A stretch of 64,000 nucleotides of DNA from Chthonomonadaceae bacterium (GCA_035650735.1 DASRGZ010000001.1:1-64000); one strand, 5' to 3'; shown: positions 1 through 10,460, counted from the stretch's first letter. Notes: a model not told the origin generated them from the sequence alone. Made by a program: numbers and translations.

Positions 1-27
1 GATGCTCAGATTCAGGAGAAAGACGGT

Positions 28-423
28 ATGTCAAAACGAATTATCCTGGCGGTGGATGATGAACCGACGTGGACACGGCTGATCAAGATCAACCTGGAAC
101 GGGCCGGCTATGAGGTGCACACGGCGAACGACGGAGTGGAAGCCTTAAATCGCTTAACCACGATGAAGGCGGAGGCGCGCAAGCCGGATTTGATACTGCT
201 GGATATCACCATGCCTTATATGGATGGCTTTGAGATGCTGCATCGGATGAAAGAGGATCCGGAGATTAAAGATATTCCGGTGATTGTGCTGACGGCGCGC
301 TCGCGCGACTCCGATATTCTGCACGGGCAGGAAGCCGGCGCCGTTCGCTATCTGCCCAAGCCGCCGCACCCCAAAGATTTGCTGACCTACGTGCGCGAGG
401 CGTTGGGCGATGAGAAAATATAG
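28..423 (+). CDS. Single-domain response regulator (CheY-like receiver)
   Basis: ILAVDDE, PDLILLDITMP-MDG, IPVIVLTA, YLPKP receiver motifs; AGGAG RBS upstream. Confidence 0.93.
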   Translation: MSKRIILAVDDEPTWTRLIKINLERAGYEVHTANDGVEALNRLTTMKAEARKPDLILLDITMPYMDGFEMLHRMKEDPEIKDIPVIVLTARSRDSDILHGQEAGAVRYLPKPPHPKDLLTYVREALGDEKI

Positions 424-431
424 CCGGGCAT

Positions 432-630
432 TCTCGCCCTCACCCTCGGCCCACTGCTAGGGTCGGCGCTCAACAGTTCGCGCCACTGCCAGGGTCGGCA
501 AGGTTACGGCCCTTGCCTCCGCCTCGCGACAGCCCTCCGCCTAGCGACACCTTGCGACCCCCGACGCTGCGGGAGAGGGGAAAGACCTCACCCCCGGCCC
601 CTCTCCTTCGCAAGGAGAGGGGAGGAGTGA
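432..630. repeat. Intergenic composite palindromic repeat (REP-like)
   Basis: GCCAGGGTCGGCAaGGTTACGGCCCtTGCCTCCGCCT shared with about 14980-15020; CCTCACCCCCGGCCCCTCTCC...GGAGAGGGG hairpin unit. Confidence 0.7.
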
Positions 631-706
631 GTCGCCGTAGGGCGACTTCGTGCTCTGGTTGCAGCGAACTGATTCGCCTGCAACTCAAAGGGGAGGACTC
701 ACCTCT

Positions 707-1180
707 TTATCGCTGCGGCGTCCCCCTTCCTCCCGGAGGCGGCATCATCTGCTGTGGGGGATTGATTTCTGGCTGCGGGTGGCCGTGATGGCACATATAG
801 CACGACGCCTGTTTGCCGAGAATCTGGTAGTGGGCGTTGAGGCTCTGGGTCATCACGATCATCTGCCGCGCGATCCCTTTCGTTGGCTTATCATCCCGCT
901 CGAAGCCGGTATGGTTGGGATTGATGACGTGGCAGAAATCGCACCGAACCCCCAGCGAAGCGTTGATTTTCTCCATAACCGGAATGAGCTGGTCCGCCGG
1001 CAGATTTTTGAGGACTTTGATGTTCTTAAACCTCTGCGGGGCCGTTGGCGGCTTCTTGTGCTGCGGCGCGCCGTGCGTGGGCAGGCCGCTTGCCAGGGTA
1101 AGCAGCGCTAGCGGGGCGAGCAGGCTGCCGAGGAGCCATCGTTTTGGAAAGCGATTGGATGAGGACTTGCTTGGCTGCAT
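707..1180 (-). CDS. Secreted di-heme c-type cytochrome (reaction-centre cytochrome c subunit-like family)
   Basis: Signal peptide; FKNIKVLK, SLGVRCDFCHV, K-IARQMIVMT, SCYMCHHG; two CxxCH motifs. Confidence 0.88.
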   Translation of the reverse strand: MQPSKSSSNRFPKRWLLGSLLAPLALLTLASGLPTHGAPQHKKPPTAPQRFKNIKVLKNLPADQLIPVMEKINASLGVRCDFCHVINPNHTGFERDDKPTKGIARQMIVMTQSLNAHYQILGKQASCYMCHHGHPQPEINPPQQMMPPPGGRGTPQR

Positions 1181-1248
1181 AGATTAGGAACTCCTTTCAC
1201 CTCAGGGTGGAGTGAGAGAACCATCGGGCGCATTCTGCGCCCGGTGTG

Positions 1249-4035
1249 CTAATGCACATCTATTTCCAGGCGGTCGCCCGCAGAGAGGGTTTGCGGCGCA
1301 TCAAAGGTCACCAGCAGCGTACCGTCTGTTTCCAGAGCGGCGCGGCTGCCCACCGGGACCCGCCGCAGACTGACGTGCGCCGTGGGGACAGCGCGGACGG
1401 GTCGCGGCGGGCCGGGCACCCGCAAGGACCGCAGGATCAGGGAGGCCTTGCCGACCGCGCGCTGCGCGGGCGTCGTGGCGGAGAGCGGCAGGAGCCGATC
1501 CAGCCGAAAGGTCAGGACTCCGCCCCGCGCCGTAGGTCGGAAGGTCACGTGGCCCCAGAAGGTCGGCGCGAAGAGAGGCGCGGAGAGACTGCGCCAGGTT
1601 CCCGGCAGGTTGGGCGCCAGGCGAAACTCGCCAGTATTCAGGTTGCCGGTAAAGCCCTCCAGGGCATAGAGCGCGTTCCAGTCCGCCGCCTGCGCGATGC
1701 TGCCCGTGCCCGGCAGCACGGCGCGTCCCGTATCCGCACGGAAGCGGAGCGGGGACTGCCAGGGCGAGCGCAAGGCGTTGTTGCGCGTGGCGTCCAGACG
1801 CTCCCATAGTTCGACACCGGCCATCTCCTGTCCCTGCATGAGATAGAGGGCCGTCTGGCAGAGCAGGGAGGCGGGCAGGAGGCAGTCGCGCGCCTCAGGG
1901 TCTTCCGATGGGCGCTTGCCGTCGGCGCGGACGCGCTGCGGCGGGCCGAAGGGCATCCCTGCCGCCTTGTCGTTAAGGGCTTGTAGGCTCTCTATTGCGC
2001 GCGCCAGGTCGTCCTTCGGCAGCAGATCCTTCCAGCCCAGCGCGCTCGCCGCCCACAGGCCCAGCAGTTGGTCAGTGGCGCAGAGGGCGCCGGCAGCCGT
2101 CGGGCCTGCCGCCTGCGCCGGCTCCGCATAGAAGCGCCCGTTCCAAAACCGCTTCTGGATACCGGAGGCGGCGCGGGTCGCGGCATCCACGCACTCCTGC
2201 GCGAAACCTCTATCTCCTTCTCTCCGCGCCAGCTCCTGGCCAGCGCGCAGCGCCGCCAGCCATAAGGTCGCCGAGGCCGGTCGCAGCCCAAGCCCATTGC
2301 CCGACTCCCCGCCAGCGGGGAACGGCCCATCGGCGGGAGCCGCGCGGGGCAGCCCCTCCGGGTCCAGGTCGTGCTGGAGGATAGCGCGCAATGCCTGCCG
2401 CGCTGCGGGGTAGTAGAGCGCAAGAAAAGGTTGATCGTCTGTCCAGAGGGCATATTCTGCCAGCAGCAGGGCAAACGCGCTGGCGCTATCCGGGTCGTCG
2501 GGCAGGGCAGGGGATAGCGGCGCCGGGGTGGACGGCGGCTGCGCCTGGGGTTCGCCCGACGTGGGAGCGGGGGCCGGCCAATCCGGGCTTTCCAGCGTGC
2601 CCAGGTGGCGCGGCAACGCTCCAGCAGACGACTGCGCCCGCGCAAACTGGCCGAGCGCCTGCGCTTCGAGCGTGGGAAAGAAGGCCAGCAGCAGACGGCT
2701 GATAGCCAGATGTTCGGGCAGGGAGTCCAGCGCGCCGGGCGCGACGGCGCGCACATCGCCGGCTCCCGGGGCAGCGCCAACGTTGGATACAAAGGCGAAC
2801 CGGCCGTCGCGCGTGTGAATCGAATTCTCCGTGAGCGGCGCGCAGGCGTTGATCAGGCGGCGGGCCATCCAGCCGGGCAAGTTGGAGAAGAGCAGGCGTC
2901 GCTGCCACTCTTCGGTCAGGCTCAGCAGGCTGCGCCAGTCGGCCAGCAGGAGGCGCGCGGCGTGCTCGGCATCGGGGAACGCCTCGACATAGAAGTGGCC
3001 GTAGTCCGCGCCGGAGAGCGCATAGAAGTGGGGCGTGTGCCAGGCAAAGGCGAAGGGGACGGTGGCGAAGCCGCCGGGCTTGAGCGTCAGGCGCACGGCG
3101 ACAACGCCCGCCGGATGGCTCCTGCCCTCCTGGCCTTGCGGGGCATCGCCAGACACGGAGCCATTGCGGGCAAATTCGTTCCACCAGGCGGGTTGCGCGT
3201 CCAGGACATTCCACCCGGCGGTGGTGACGGCAGCGTCCGGCCGTTCCGGGCGGGCCAACAGGACGTACTCGCCGGAGGCGTTGGCGCGCAGGCGATCCGC
3301 TGAGCCGGCGTTCGCCGGGATCGGCCCGGTGAACCGCAGGCCGAAGTAGCCCTCCGTATCGGGAATGTGTGTTACCCGGTTGCCCGTGCGGTTGTGGAAG
3401 GGGCCGTAGGTCACGGTGCCGCCGACGCCCAGGATATTCTCCCAGGAGAGCGCGACGCTCACCTCCACCGGCACGAGCGAGGTGTTCTTGAACTCGAAGA
3501 GGAAGGCCGCGGCGGGGAACGAAGAGTTCTTGATGTCGAAGGGAATGAGAGGCGAAAACGCCCGCAGGGAAACCGTCAGCGGCAGGTCAGCGTTGGGGTA
3601 GGTCAGGATCGCCTGCGGATAGAGGCCCTGATAATCGATCCCGGCGATGGCGGGCAGGCCGTAGGGACTTTTAAGCGTCAGGGCGCGTGCATCGGTCCGC
3701 CCGGCAGCCCGTGTCCAGAGCGCCGCAAAACAGCCCGGAAGGTCGCCTGTCGGCTGGTTCCAGTTGTTGTTGAAGGTGGCGCGGGAGATCGCTCCATCGG
3801 TCATCAGTTGGAAGGTGCCGGCGCCGACCCCGCCCAGCGGTACGCCGGAGGCCAGCCGCCGCGAGTGGACAACGCCCGTTTCGGGATTCACCGCCGGGGC
3901 GGCGGAGGGCTGGCGCGCGTCCTGCTGCCCGACGGCCGCGCGGACCAGGCACGCTGCAGCCAGCCCCAGCCCGATGAGCCGCATTGGGAGCCCGCGCCAG
4001 ATCCGGCCCGGTCGTATGAAGGGGAAAGGTTTCAC
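1249..4035 (-). CDS. GH116-like (GBA2 / non-lysosomal glucosylceramidase family) protein, secreted
   Basis: SGVPLGGVGAG, FSPLIPFDIKNSSFPAA, VSVALSWEN, FWNGRFY, DQLLGLW motifs; N-terminal signal peptide. Confidence 0.85.
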   Translation of the reverse strand: MKPFPFIRPGRIWRGLPMRLIGLGLAAACLVRAAVGQQDARQPSAAPAVNPETGVVHSRRLASGVPLGGVGAGTFQLMTDGAISRATFNNNWNQPTGDLPGCFAALWTRAAGRTDARALTLKSPYGLPAIAGIDYQGLYPQAILTYPNADLPLTVSLRAFSPLIPFDIKNSSFPAAAFLFEFKNTSLVPVEVSVALSWENILGVGGTVTYGPFHNRTGNRVTHIPDTEGYFGLRFTGPIPANAGSADRLRANASGEYVLLARPERPDAAVTTAGWNVLDAQPAWWNEFARNGSVSGDAPQGQEGRSHPAGVVAVRLTLKPGGFATVPFAFAWHTPHFYALSGADYGHFYVEAFPDAEHAARLLLADWRSLLSLTEEWQRRLLFSNLPGWMARRLINACAPLTENSIHTRDGRFAFVSNVGAAPGAGDVRAVAPGALDSLPEHLAISRLLLAFFPTLEAQALGQFARAQSSAGALPRHLGTLESPDWPAPAPTSGEPQAQPPSTPAPLSPALPDDPDSASAFALLLAEYALWTDDQPFLALYYPAARQALRAILQHDLDPEGLPRAAPADGPFPAGGESGNGLGLRPASATLWLAALRAGQELARREGDRGFAQECVDAATRAASGIQKRFWNGRFYAEPAQAAGPTAAGALCATDQLLGLWAASALGWKDLLPKDDLARAIESLQALNDKAAGMPFGPPQRVRADGKRPSEDPEARDCLLPASLLCQTALYLMQGQEMAGVELWERLDATRNNALRSPWQSPLRFRADTGRAVLPGTGSIAQAADWNALYALEGFTGNLNTGEFRLAPNLPGTWRSLSAPLFAPTFWGHVTFRPTARGGVLTFRLDRLLPLSATTPAQRAVGKASLILRSLRVPGPPRPVRAVPTAHVSLRRVPVGSRAALETDGTLLVTFDAPQTLSAGDRLEIDVH

Positions 4036-4211
4036 GACGGGTAGTTCGGCCCCGCCTCCGCCAAAACCTGCTCTTCGGGACGCACCGGCACAATTTTAGG
4101 GGCTTGTTTGCGGAGTGGCAGGAAAGGGAACGGGACGATCGCTGTCGAAACTGGTGGCAGCAGACGAACACACATTCGAATCACCCACCCGCAAAGGAGT
4201 AAAACACCGCC

Positions 4212-6260
4212 ATGAGCACCGCAGCGCCCACCGCCGCCGAACTGGTTTCTACCCGCTTGCGTCAGATCCACCTGGATTTTCATACCTCTCCGCGGATACC
4301 CGATGTCGGCGCTGACTTCGATGCCGAGGTCTTCGCCGATACCCTGGCCGAGGCCCGCGTTAACTGGGTGACGTTGTTTGGCAAGTGCCATCACGGCATG
4401 AGTTACTACCCCACGAAAGTCGGCGTCATGCATCCGAGCCTGAAGTTCGACCTGCTCGGAGCCCAGATTGAGGCGTGCAAGAAGCGGGGCCTCGCCACGC
4501 CGGTCTATATCTCCGTGCGGGTAGATCAACATATCGGCACGACCCGCCCGGATTTGGTCGTGCGCCTGGAGGACGGTCGGCTCTGGGGCCCGAACGCCGC
4601 GCAGGCGTCCTGGTATCAGATCTGCCTGGGCAACAAGGAGTATATTGACTACGTGGCCGCCCAAACCGAAGAGGTCCTCAAGAACTATGACGCGGACGGC
4701 ATCTTTTACGACATGTGCTACTATCCTCCCGACCCCGGCTGCTTCTGCGAGAAGTGCCTGGCCCGGCTGGAAAAATCCGGCCACTCCCGCAATGATGCTA
4801 ACGCCCACCGCGTCCAGACCTTCCAGATTCTCCGCGAGTACACGACGCGCCTGGCTAATCTCTGCCGTGAGCTGAAGCCCAACGCCACCATCTTCTTCAA
4901 CTCCCGCGTCACCCCCAACGTCCATCGCGAGCTGGACACGCTCACGCACCTGGAGATCGAGTCGCTGACGACGGGCGGGTGGGGCTACCTCTACTTCCCC
5001 TGCTGGTCGCGAGTCGTGCGCACCTATCCGCGCCCCTTGCAGGGCATGACGGCCCGCTTCCACAAGTCCTGGGCCGACTTCGGCGGCCTCAAGACCACCG
5101 CGCAGCTAGCGTATGAGGCGGGCACGATCCTGGCGGCGGGAGGCGCCGTCAGCATCGGCGACCAGCTTCATCCGCGCGGCACGCTGGACAAAGGCGCGTA
5201 TAAGGTCATCGAGGAAATTTATAAACAGGTGGAAGAGGCCGAGCCCTACTGCCTGGGAGCCGAGCCGCTGGCCGACATCGCGGTGCTGCTGCTGCCCGAG
5301 TCAAAGGAGGCGCTGCACTGGGATCAGGATAGTCGCGGCCCGGTGCGTATTGATGCTTCCATCGAGGGCGCGGCGGCGGTGCTGGCCGCGCTCAAGCAGC
5401 AATGGAACGGCGAGACGCCTGACCGGGACAACCTGCTCAACTACAAGGTGGTCCTCATTCCCGACCGGGGCGTGCTGGACGACGCGATGAAGGCCAAGCT
5501 CAAGGCGTTCCGCGCCCAGGGCGGCACCATCCTCTTCTCCCATGAAGCCACGCTGATGGAGGACAAGTTCGGCCTGCCCAATAGCCCCGTCCACTACCTG
5601 GAACCCTGCCCCTGGAAACCCTCCTATATGAGGCTCGGCCCTGTGCTTGGCGCGGGCCTGCCCGAGACAGAGTTCGTTAACTATCGGGAAGGCGCCTACG
5701 TCGAGCCGGCGCACGGCATGCAGGTGCTGGGCGAGGTCTGGCAGCCCTATTTCAACCGCGCACCGGAGCACTTCTCCTCCCATGCTCAGACGCCGGTAGA
5801 TAAGCCGACGGGCCATCCGGTCGCCGTCCTCTCTCCCGATAACCATGTCGCCTACGTCTATGCCGCGCTCTTCCGGGGCTACCGCGAGGACGGCTTCTTT
5901 GTCTATAAGGAGATGGTCGCGCGCCTGCTGGAGAAGCTGCTGCCGGAGCCGCTGGTGCGTCCGGGCGCGAACGTTCCCGCCGCGATGGAGATCGCGCTGC
6001 TGCGCCAGAGGGCAGAAAACTGGATCGTGGCGCACCTGGTCAACTTCCAGCCGCAGCGCCGCACGGCCACGAACGAGTTTATCGAGTCGGCGGTTCCGGT
6101 CAACAACGTGGAGTTCGCAGTGCGAACGGGCCGAGCGCCGTCGCGGGTCTATCTGGCGCCCTCCCGCGAGGAGATCCCATTCCGCCAGGAAAGCGTCTAC
6201 TGCCACGTCACCGTTCCCTCCGTCCTCACGCACCAGATGGTCGTGTTTGAGGGCGTCTGA
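4212..6260 (+). CDS. GH151-like / GHL6 glycoside hydrolase (putative alpha-L-fucosidase) with beta-galactosidase trimerization-like domain
   Basis: RQIHLDFHTS, FGKCHHGMSYYPT, DGIFYD, HLEIESL-TGGWGY, RFHKSWADFGGLK, IGDQLHPRG; AAGGAG RBS. Confidence 0.88.
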   Translation: MSTAAPTAAELVSTRLRQIHLDFHTSPRIPDVGADFDAEVFADTLAEARVNWVTLFGKCHHGMSYYPTKVGVMHPSLKFDLLGAQIEACKKRGLATPVYISVRVDQHIGTTRPDLVVRLEDGRLWGPNAAQASWYQICLGNKEYIDYVAAQTEEVLKNYDADGIFYDMCYYPPDPGCFCEKCLARLEKSGHSRNDANAHRVQTFQILREYTTRLANLCRELKPNATIFFNSRVTPNVHRELDTLTHLEIESLTTGGWGYLYFPCWSRVVRTYPRPLQGMTARFHKSWADFGGLKTTAQLAYEAGTILAAGGAVSIGDQLHPRGTLDKGAYKVIEEIYKQVEEAEPYCLGAEPLADIAVLLLPESKEALHWDQDSRGPVRIDASIEGAAAVLAALKQQWNGETPDRDNLLNYKVVLIPDRGVLDDAMKAKLKAFRAQGGTILFSHEATLMEDKFGLPNSPVHYLEPCPWKPSYMRLGPVLGAGLPETEFVNYREGAYVEPAHGMQVLGEVWQPYFNRAPEHFSSHAQTPVDKPTGHPVAVLSPDNHVAYVYAALFRGYREDGFFVYKEMVARLLEKLLPEPLVRPGANVPAAMEIALLRQRAENWIVAHLVNFQPQRRTATNEFIESAVPVNNVEFAVRTGRAPSRVYLAPSREEIPFRQESVYCHVTVPSVLTHQMVVFEGV

Positions 6261-6462
6261 AGCCTCTGATGCCCGGTAATTAGGCAGAAAACCTGGCAGC
6301 CTCACGGCCACGACCTCTGAGAACTACACGAAAGCGCAATCCTCATCGGCCCAGAAATCATCCCTCGCAGGGAGGAAATTTGGGTGCAGGCAGAGAATCC
6401 GCCCGTGCGCCAGGCAGCCCTCGTAGGTTTGCCTGGCGACGCCCAGAACATTTTATGGAGGA

Positions 6463-7254
6463 ATGAGGAAAAGGATGTTTCACGAACTCAAGAAGGTGCG
6501 TGCAGCGGTAGGGATTGCGTCCGTGACGGCGGTGCTTGCCATGCTGTGTGGCTGTGGCGGCGGCGACAACGATACCACATTGGTAAACGGGGAAACGCAG
6601 CAGGTAGCTGGGCGGAGCGTGACCACCTGGGCGCAGGTGGGTCCAAACAACATGGTGCAGGAAGTCGGGGTCACGGTGCCTGCGGACCTGATTCAGAACC
6701 CGCCGGCCCAGGCCGGCGCCGGTCCTGCTGGCGCTCTCGTCACCCCGGCCTTTCCGGCGGTGGTGCAGAACACCACGTTCTTCAACCACTTTGAGTTGCA
6801 GTGGGAGCCAAACGGCCATCCACCCGCCGTGTATTCCGTTCCACACTTCGACTTCCACTTCTACGGAGTGCCCGTGGCCCAGGTCCAGGCGGTGACGGCT
6901 CCGGATACGGCTGTCCCGGACGCAAGCCGGATACCGGCAGGCTACACGTATCCGGGCGTAAACGCGGTTGTCCCGCAGATGGGCGCCCATGCCTCTCCTG
7001 ACGCAGATTTCGCTCCGGGCGCTCCGGCGTTCACGAAGACCCTGATCTTTGGTTACTACGGCGGCAATCTAACCTTCCTGGAGCCGATGATCACCCAGGC
7101 GTTCCTGAATCAGCGACAGAACTTCACGATAGCCGTGCCGAGGCCAGCCGCCCTGGGCCGGAATACGCTCTATCCGACGTTGCTGACGGTTACATACAAC
7201 GCGGGCACCAACTCCTATGACCTGGTCTTCTCAAACTTCGTGAGCGTGCAGTAG
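6463..7254 (+). CDS. DUF5602-like lipoprotein
   Basis: Lipobox-like LCGC-GGG; W-PNGHPP--Y--PHFDFHFY, VPQMGAH, G-YGG-LTFLEPMIT. Confidence 0.8.
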   Translation: MRKRMFHELKKVRAAVGIASVTAVLAMLCGCGGGDNDTTLVNGETQQVAGRSVTTWAQVGPNNMVQEVGVTVPADLIQNPPAQAGAGPAGALVTPAFPAVVQNTTFFNHFELQWEPNGHPPAVYSVPHFDFHFYGVPVAQVQAVTAPDTAVPDASRIPAGYTYPGVNAVVPQMGAHASPDADFAPGAPAFTKTLIFGYYGGNLTFLEPMITQAFLNQRQNFTIAVPRPAALGRNTLYPTLLTVTYNAGTNSYDLVFSNFVSVQ

Positions 7255-7276
7255 GCTTTTTACCTTCGAGAACCGG

Positions 7277-7311
7277 ACGGCCCTGAATCTTCCTCGGTTC
7301 AGGGCCGTTTT
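7277..7311 (+). terminator. Rho-independent terminator
   Basis: ACGGCCCTGAA...TTCAGGGCCGT 11-bp stem followed by a short T run, just after the stop at 7254. Confidence 0.75.
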
Positions 7312-7330
7312 CTCATGGACAAGTTCTGTT

Positions 7331-7849
7331 ATACATGAGTTTGGTTATAATGTCGTGCGGGCCTGGCGGCAGCCGGTAGAGACGGTTCTTTCCGGCGACT
7401 TAGGGACGCTGCCGCCGGCTCCCCTGGCGGATGTATCCCAAGAGGCGCTGCCTGGAGTGATCCAGCGCATGGAAGCTAGGATCAACCAAGAGGCGACGCC
7501 AACCGACGCAGGTATCTTATGGACCGCAACCTATGTGCTCATGGGGCTGCGCTACCCGCCTGAATTCGCCGCAAGACTGCTGCAAGGAGTAAGAGCAATG
7601 GAAGAATCCGCAACCTATCAAGCTATTCTTGCCAAAGGGCGCGCTGCCGGTCTACAGGAAGGACGCACGGAGGGTGCATTGGAGACGGCGCGGACTATCC
7701 TGTTGCATCTTGGCGGTAAGCGTTTTGGGCCGCCCAATGCTTCCACGCAGGCGGCCATTGACGCCATAACCTCGCCCGAAAAGCTGGAGCAGTTGACGGA
7801 ACGAATCCTGGACGTGGAGAGTTGGAGCGAACTGCTCGCCGCTGCCTGA
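7331..7849 (+). pseudogene. 5'-truncated Rpn/YhgA-like (DUF4351-type C-terminus) gene remnant
   Basis: YNVVRAW-QPVE--L-G-LGTLP-APL, MEESATYQAIL--G---G--EG--EG, LL-LG-KRFG, LEQL-ERILD-ESW-ELL; N-terminal nuclease domain and RBS absent. Confidence 0.7.
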
Positions 7850-7971
7850 AGCCTCCGCAACAGGAATAACCTGCGCCGTTCCGGTCGTGGCTGGGAGGGT
7901 TTGCTGGGCCGGGCGATCCGTGAGGCGTGAAGGCCCCACTCGCGCCCGGCTGCCTGTGAAGCGAAAGCGGC

Positions 7972-10008
7972 TCAGGCTGCGCTGCGCCCGTCCGGGGGAC
8001 TCTCTCCCTCGCAAGCTTGCGCCGCACTCCTGCGCTGATCGGCAGAGAACCGTCGGGATTCGCCGCCCACATGCAGCGCCGGTCGCCGGGAGAGATTCGA
8101 CTCGGCCTGGCGGATCACCTCATGCGTCACCGGAGCCGTGTCTCCCTCCCCGAAGACGATATAGCGCACCAGGAACAGCAGCGGATTGCCTTCCGACCAG
8201 CTAAAGTAAGCGTGGGGGATCTTGCCGGTGTGATCCCGAACATAGAGTAGGAAGGCCGCAATCGCGTTGGGCACGGTGGAGCTCTCCGCGCGCAGCACCC
8301 GGAAGCGGCCTACCTGCACGCCTTTGACCTTCATCACCCCGGTAAACTCCGAAGCGTCGCAGACGCTCACCTCCAGAAACAGCACCGGCACGTTGGGCGC
8401 GATGTTGTTATCCTCCCGCTGCTCCCGCTCCTTTTCCTCGTACTCGCGCACGTCGCCCGTCTGCCGCTTGTTGGCGATGATGTGAATGTCGCCCTTCTGC
8501 GCCGCCTCCTCGATAAATTGCCGTGCCATATCATCCAATTCGATCTGCGTCACGCGCAGCTCCATCGAGCGCCAGACGCGGGAGACCAGAGAAGTAATGA
8601 CAATCGCCGCGATGAAAAAGGCGGCAATTTTGATGCCTTCGGGCCGCTCGATGATGTTGGCGATGGTGGTATAGAAGAACATCAGCGCGATAAGGCCGAA
8701 GGCCACTATTCCCGCCCGTGTCCGCTTGCGCCAGGCGGAGAGCGCCACCGCAATCGCCGCCGAGCTTATCAGCACCAGCACGCCGGTCGCGTAGGCGCCT
8801 CCCTGCGCATTGACGTCCGCACGGAAGATCAGGGTGACTGCGAAGGCGGTCGCCGTAAAGACCAGCACCAGCGGGCGCACCGCGCGCGCCCAATCCGGGG
8901 CCATGCCGTAGCGGGGAAGGTAGCGCGGGACGATGTTGAGCAGGCCGGCCATCGCCGAAGCCCCCGCAAACCAGAGGATGAAGATCGTGCTGATATCGTA
9001 GACCGTGCCGAAGCCGTTGCCCAGAAATTGATGCGCCAGGTAGGCCAGCGCGCGCCCGTTGGCCCTGCCGCCCTCGCGAAATTCCGCTTCCGGGATAAGC
9101 GTAATCGTCACGAAGCTGCTCGTGATCAGGAAGGCGCTCATGATCAGCGCGGCGGTGAGGAGCAGTTTGCGGGTGTTGCGAATGCGCCCCTCCGGGTGAT
9201 CGGGGTCTTCGCCGGGCCTGCCCTGCACCAGCGGCATCACGGCCACGCCCGTCTCAAACCCGGAAAGCCCCAGCGCCAGTCTCGGAAACAGCAGGAACGC
9301 CAGGGCCAGCATCATCAGCGGATTGCCGTAGCGGGCAAAGAGCGTGCTCTGCCAGTGGGCGACCACCTGGGGATTCTGGATCACCTGGAGAAAGCTGACG
9401 ACGACAACGACGGCGTTGAGCGCCAGGTAGGCGGCGACCAACAGCACCGCAATGCCGATCGCCTCTTTAAAGCCTTTGAGGAAGACCCCACCCAGGATCG
9501 CGATGAGAAACAGCGTGATGCCCACCTGATGATGGTGCAAAAAGGCCGGCGTAAAGGGATTTTCGACGATATGCGCGGTCGCGTCCGCCGCCGAGAGCGT
9601 GATGGTGATGATGAAGTCGGTGGCGACGAACCCCAGCAGGCAGAGCACAAACAGCTTCCCGGTCCACCAGGACAGGAGGCGCTCGAGCATGAAGATGGAG
9701 CCTTCGCCGTGGGGGCTTTCCTCGGCGACGCGCGCGTAGATCGGCAGCGCTCCCAGCAGCGTCAGCAGCACCAGGATCAGGGTGGCGATGGGAGAGAGCA
9801 TACCCGCGGCCAGGGCCGCAATGCCGGGCTGGTAGCCGAGCGTGGAGAAGTAGTCTACGCCGGTCAGACACATCACCTGCCACCAGGGATGCTCGTGGTG
9901 GCTCTTCTCCTTCTCATACGGCCCTTCCATCTCCTCAGGATGGCCCGTAAGCAACCAGCGCCGGAAGCGATCAGAAGGGCGCTTGGGGCGGATCATGATT
10001 TCGGCCAT
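7972..10008 (-). CDS. APC-superfamily amino acid / cation transporter
   Basis: [35 protein letters not shown], many TM helices; ATG at 10008 with CAGGAG RBS (the ORF track start at 10344 is too long). Confidence 0.88.
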   Translation of the reverse strand: MAEIMIRPKRPSDRFRRWLLTGHPEEMEGPYEKEKSHHEHPWWQVMCLTGVDYFSTLGYQPGIAALAAGMLSPIATLILVLLTLLGALPIYARVAEESPHGEGSIFMLERLLSWWTGKLFVLCLLGFVATDFIITITLSAADATAHIVENPFTPAFLHHHQVGITLFLIAILGGVFLKGFKEAIGIAVLLVAAYLALNAVVVVVSFLQVIQNPQVVAHWQSTLFARYGNPLMMLALAFLLFPRLALGLSGFETGVAVMPLVQGRPGEDPDHPEGRIRNTRKLLLTAALIMSAFLITSSFVTITLIPEAEFREGGRANGRALAYLAHQFLGNGFGTVYDISTIFILWFAGASAMAGLLNIVPRYLPRYGMAPDWARAVRPLVLVFTATAFAVTLIFRADVNAQGGAYATGVLVLISSAAIAVALSAWRKRTRAGIVAFGLIALMFFYTTIANIIERPEGIKIAAFFIAAIVITSLVSRVWRSMELRVTQIELDDMARQFIEEAAQKGDIHIIANKRQTGDVREYEEKEREQREDNNIAPNVPVLFLEVSVCDASEFTGVMKVKGVQVGRFRVLRAESSTVPNAIAAFLLYVRDHTGKIPHAYFSWSEGNPLLFLVRYIVFGEGDTAPVTHEVIRQAESNLSRRPALHVGGESRRFSADQRRSAAQACEGESPPDGRSAA

Positions 10009-10059
10009 GGTCAACTCCTGCGATCTCTGTGCCTCGGCTGCGAAGGGCCGCCAGGTAGG

Positions 10060-10209
10060 ACGGCCTCCGCATGCGGAGGGATAAGCTTGATTATGGCGGC
10101 TTGCTATGCCAGAGCCTCGCACGGCCTCCGCATGCGGAGGGATAAGCTCTCCCGCATCCGCACGAATAGGCGCTCCTGTGGATTGCCTCGCCATGCGGAG
10201 GGATGGGTC
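10060..10209 (+). CRISPR. Orphan CRISPR-like mini-array: three repeats, two 33-nt spacers
   Basis: ACGGCCTCCGCATGCGGAGGGATAAGCT identical at 10060 and 10121, degenerate at 10182; exact 61-nt period; internal hairpin; no cas genes in the window. Confidence 0.5.
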
Positions 10210-10393
10210 TTGGGCAAACAGAAAGGCAAGGGAGGAACGAAGAGAAAGCGCAACAGGGCCTTGTTGTCCCTTCCTTCCGAACAGCCTATACACAGGACTC
10301 GGATGGGACGGCGACGGTTCCATAGAAATCACCGCAAAAAGCACAAATCACCGGGGGATTTCGTCACGCAGGCCCTATTCCCTGCAACCCTAG

Positions 10394-10460
10394 AAAGGAT
10401 GAAGGATGAAGAAAAGCCCTGGCTCTTTTCTGCCTTCATCCCTCATCCTTCATCCTTATT
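10394..10460. repeat. Inverted heptamer repeats (AGGATGA)n / (TCATCCT)n
   Basis: AAGGATGAAGGATGAAG ... CTTCATCCCTCATCCTTCATCCTT overlapping the 3' end of the LysR gene; similar unit at about 45597-45652. Confidence 0.65.

Noticed and set aside
10088..10120. Spacer 1 self-targeting the LysR promoter (TGACTTATGGATTGCTTTGCC at 11401)
   Set aside because: The similarity needs several gaps and mismatches and is compatible with chance.
10009..10400. c-di-AMP (ydaO) riboswitch upstream of the APC transporter
   Set aside because: The minus-strand leader lacks the GCTGAATCC / GGGGTGAATC / CCCGTCAGCTAAC core as far as I can see.
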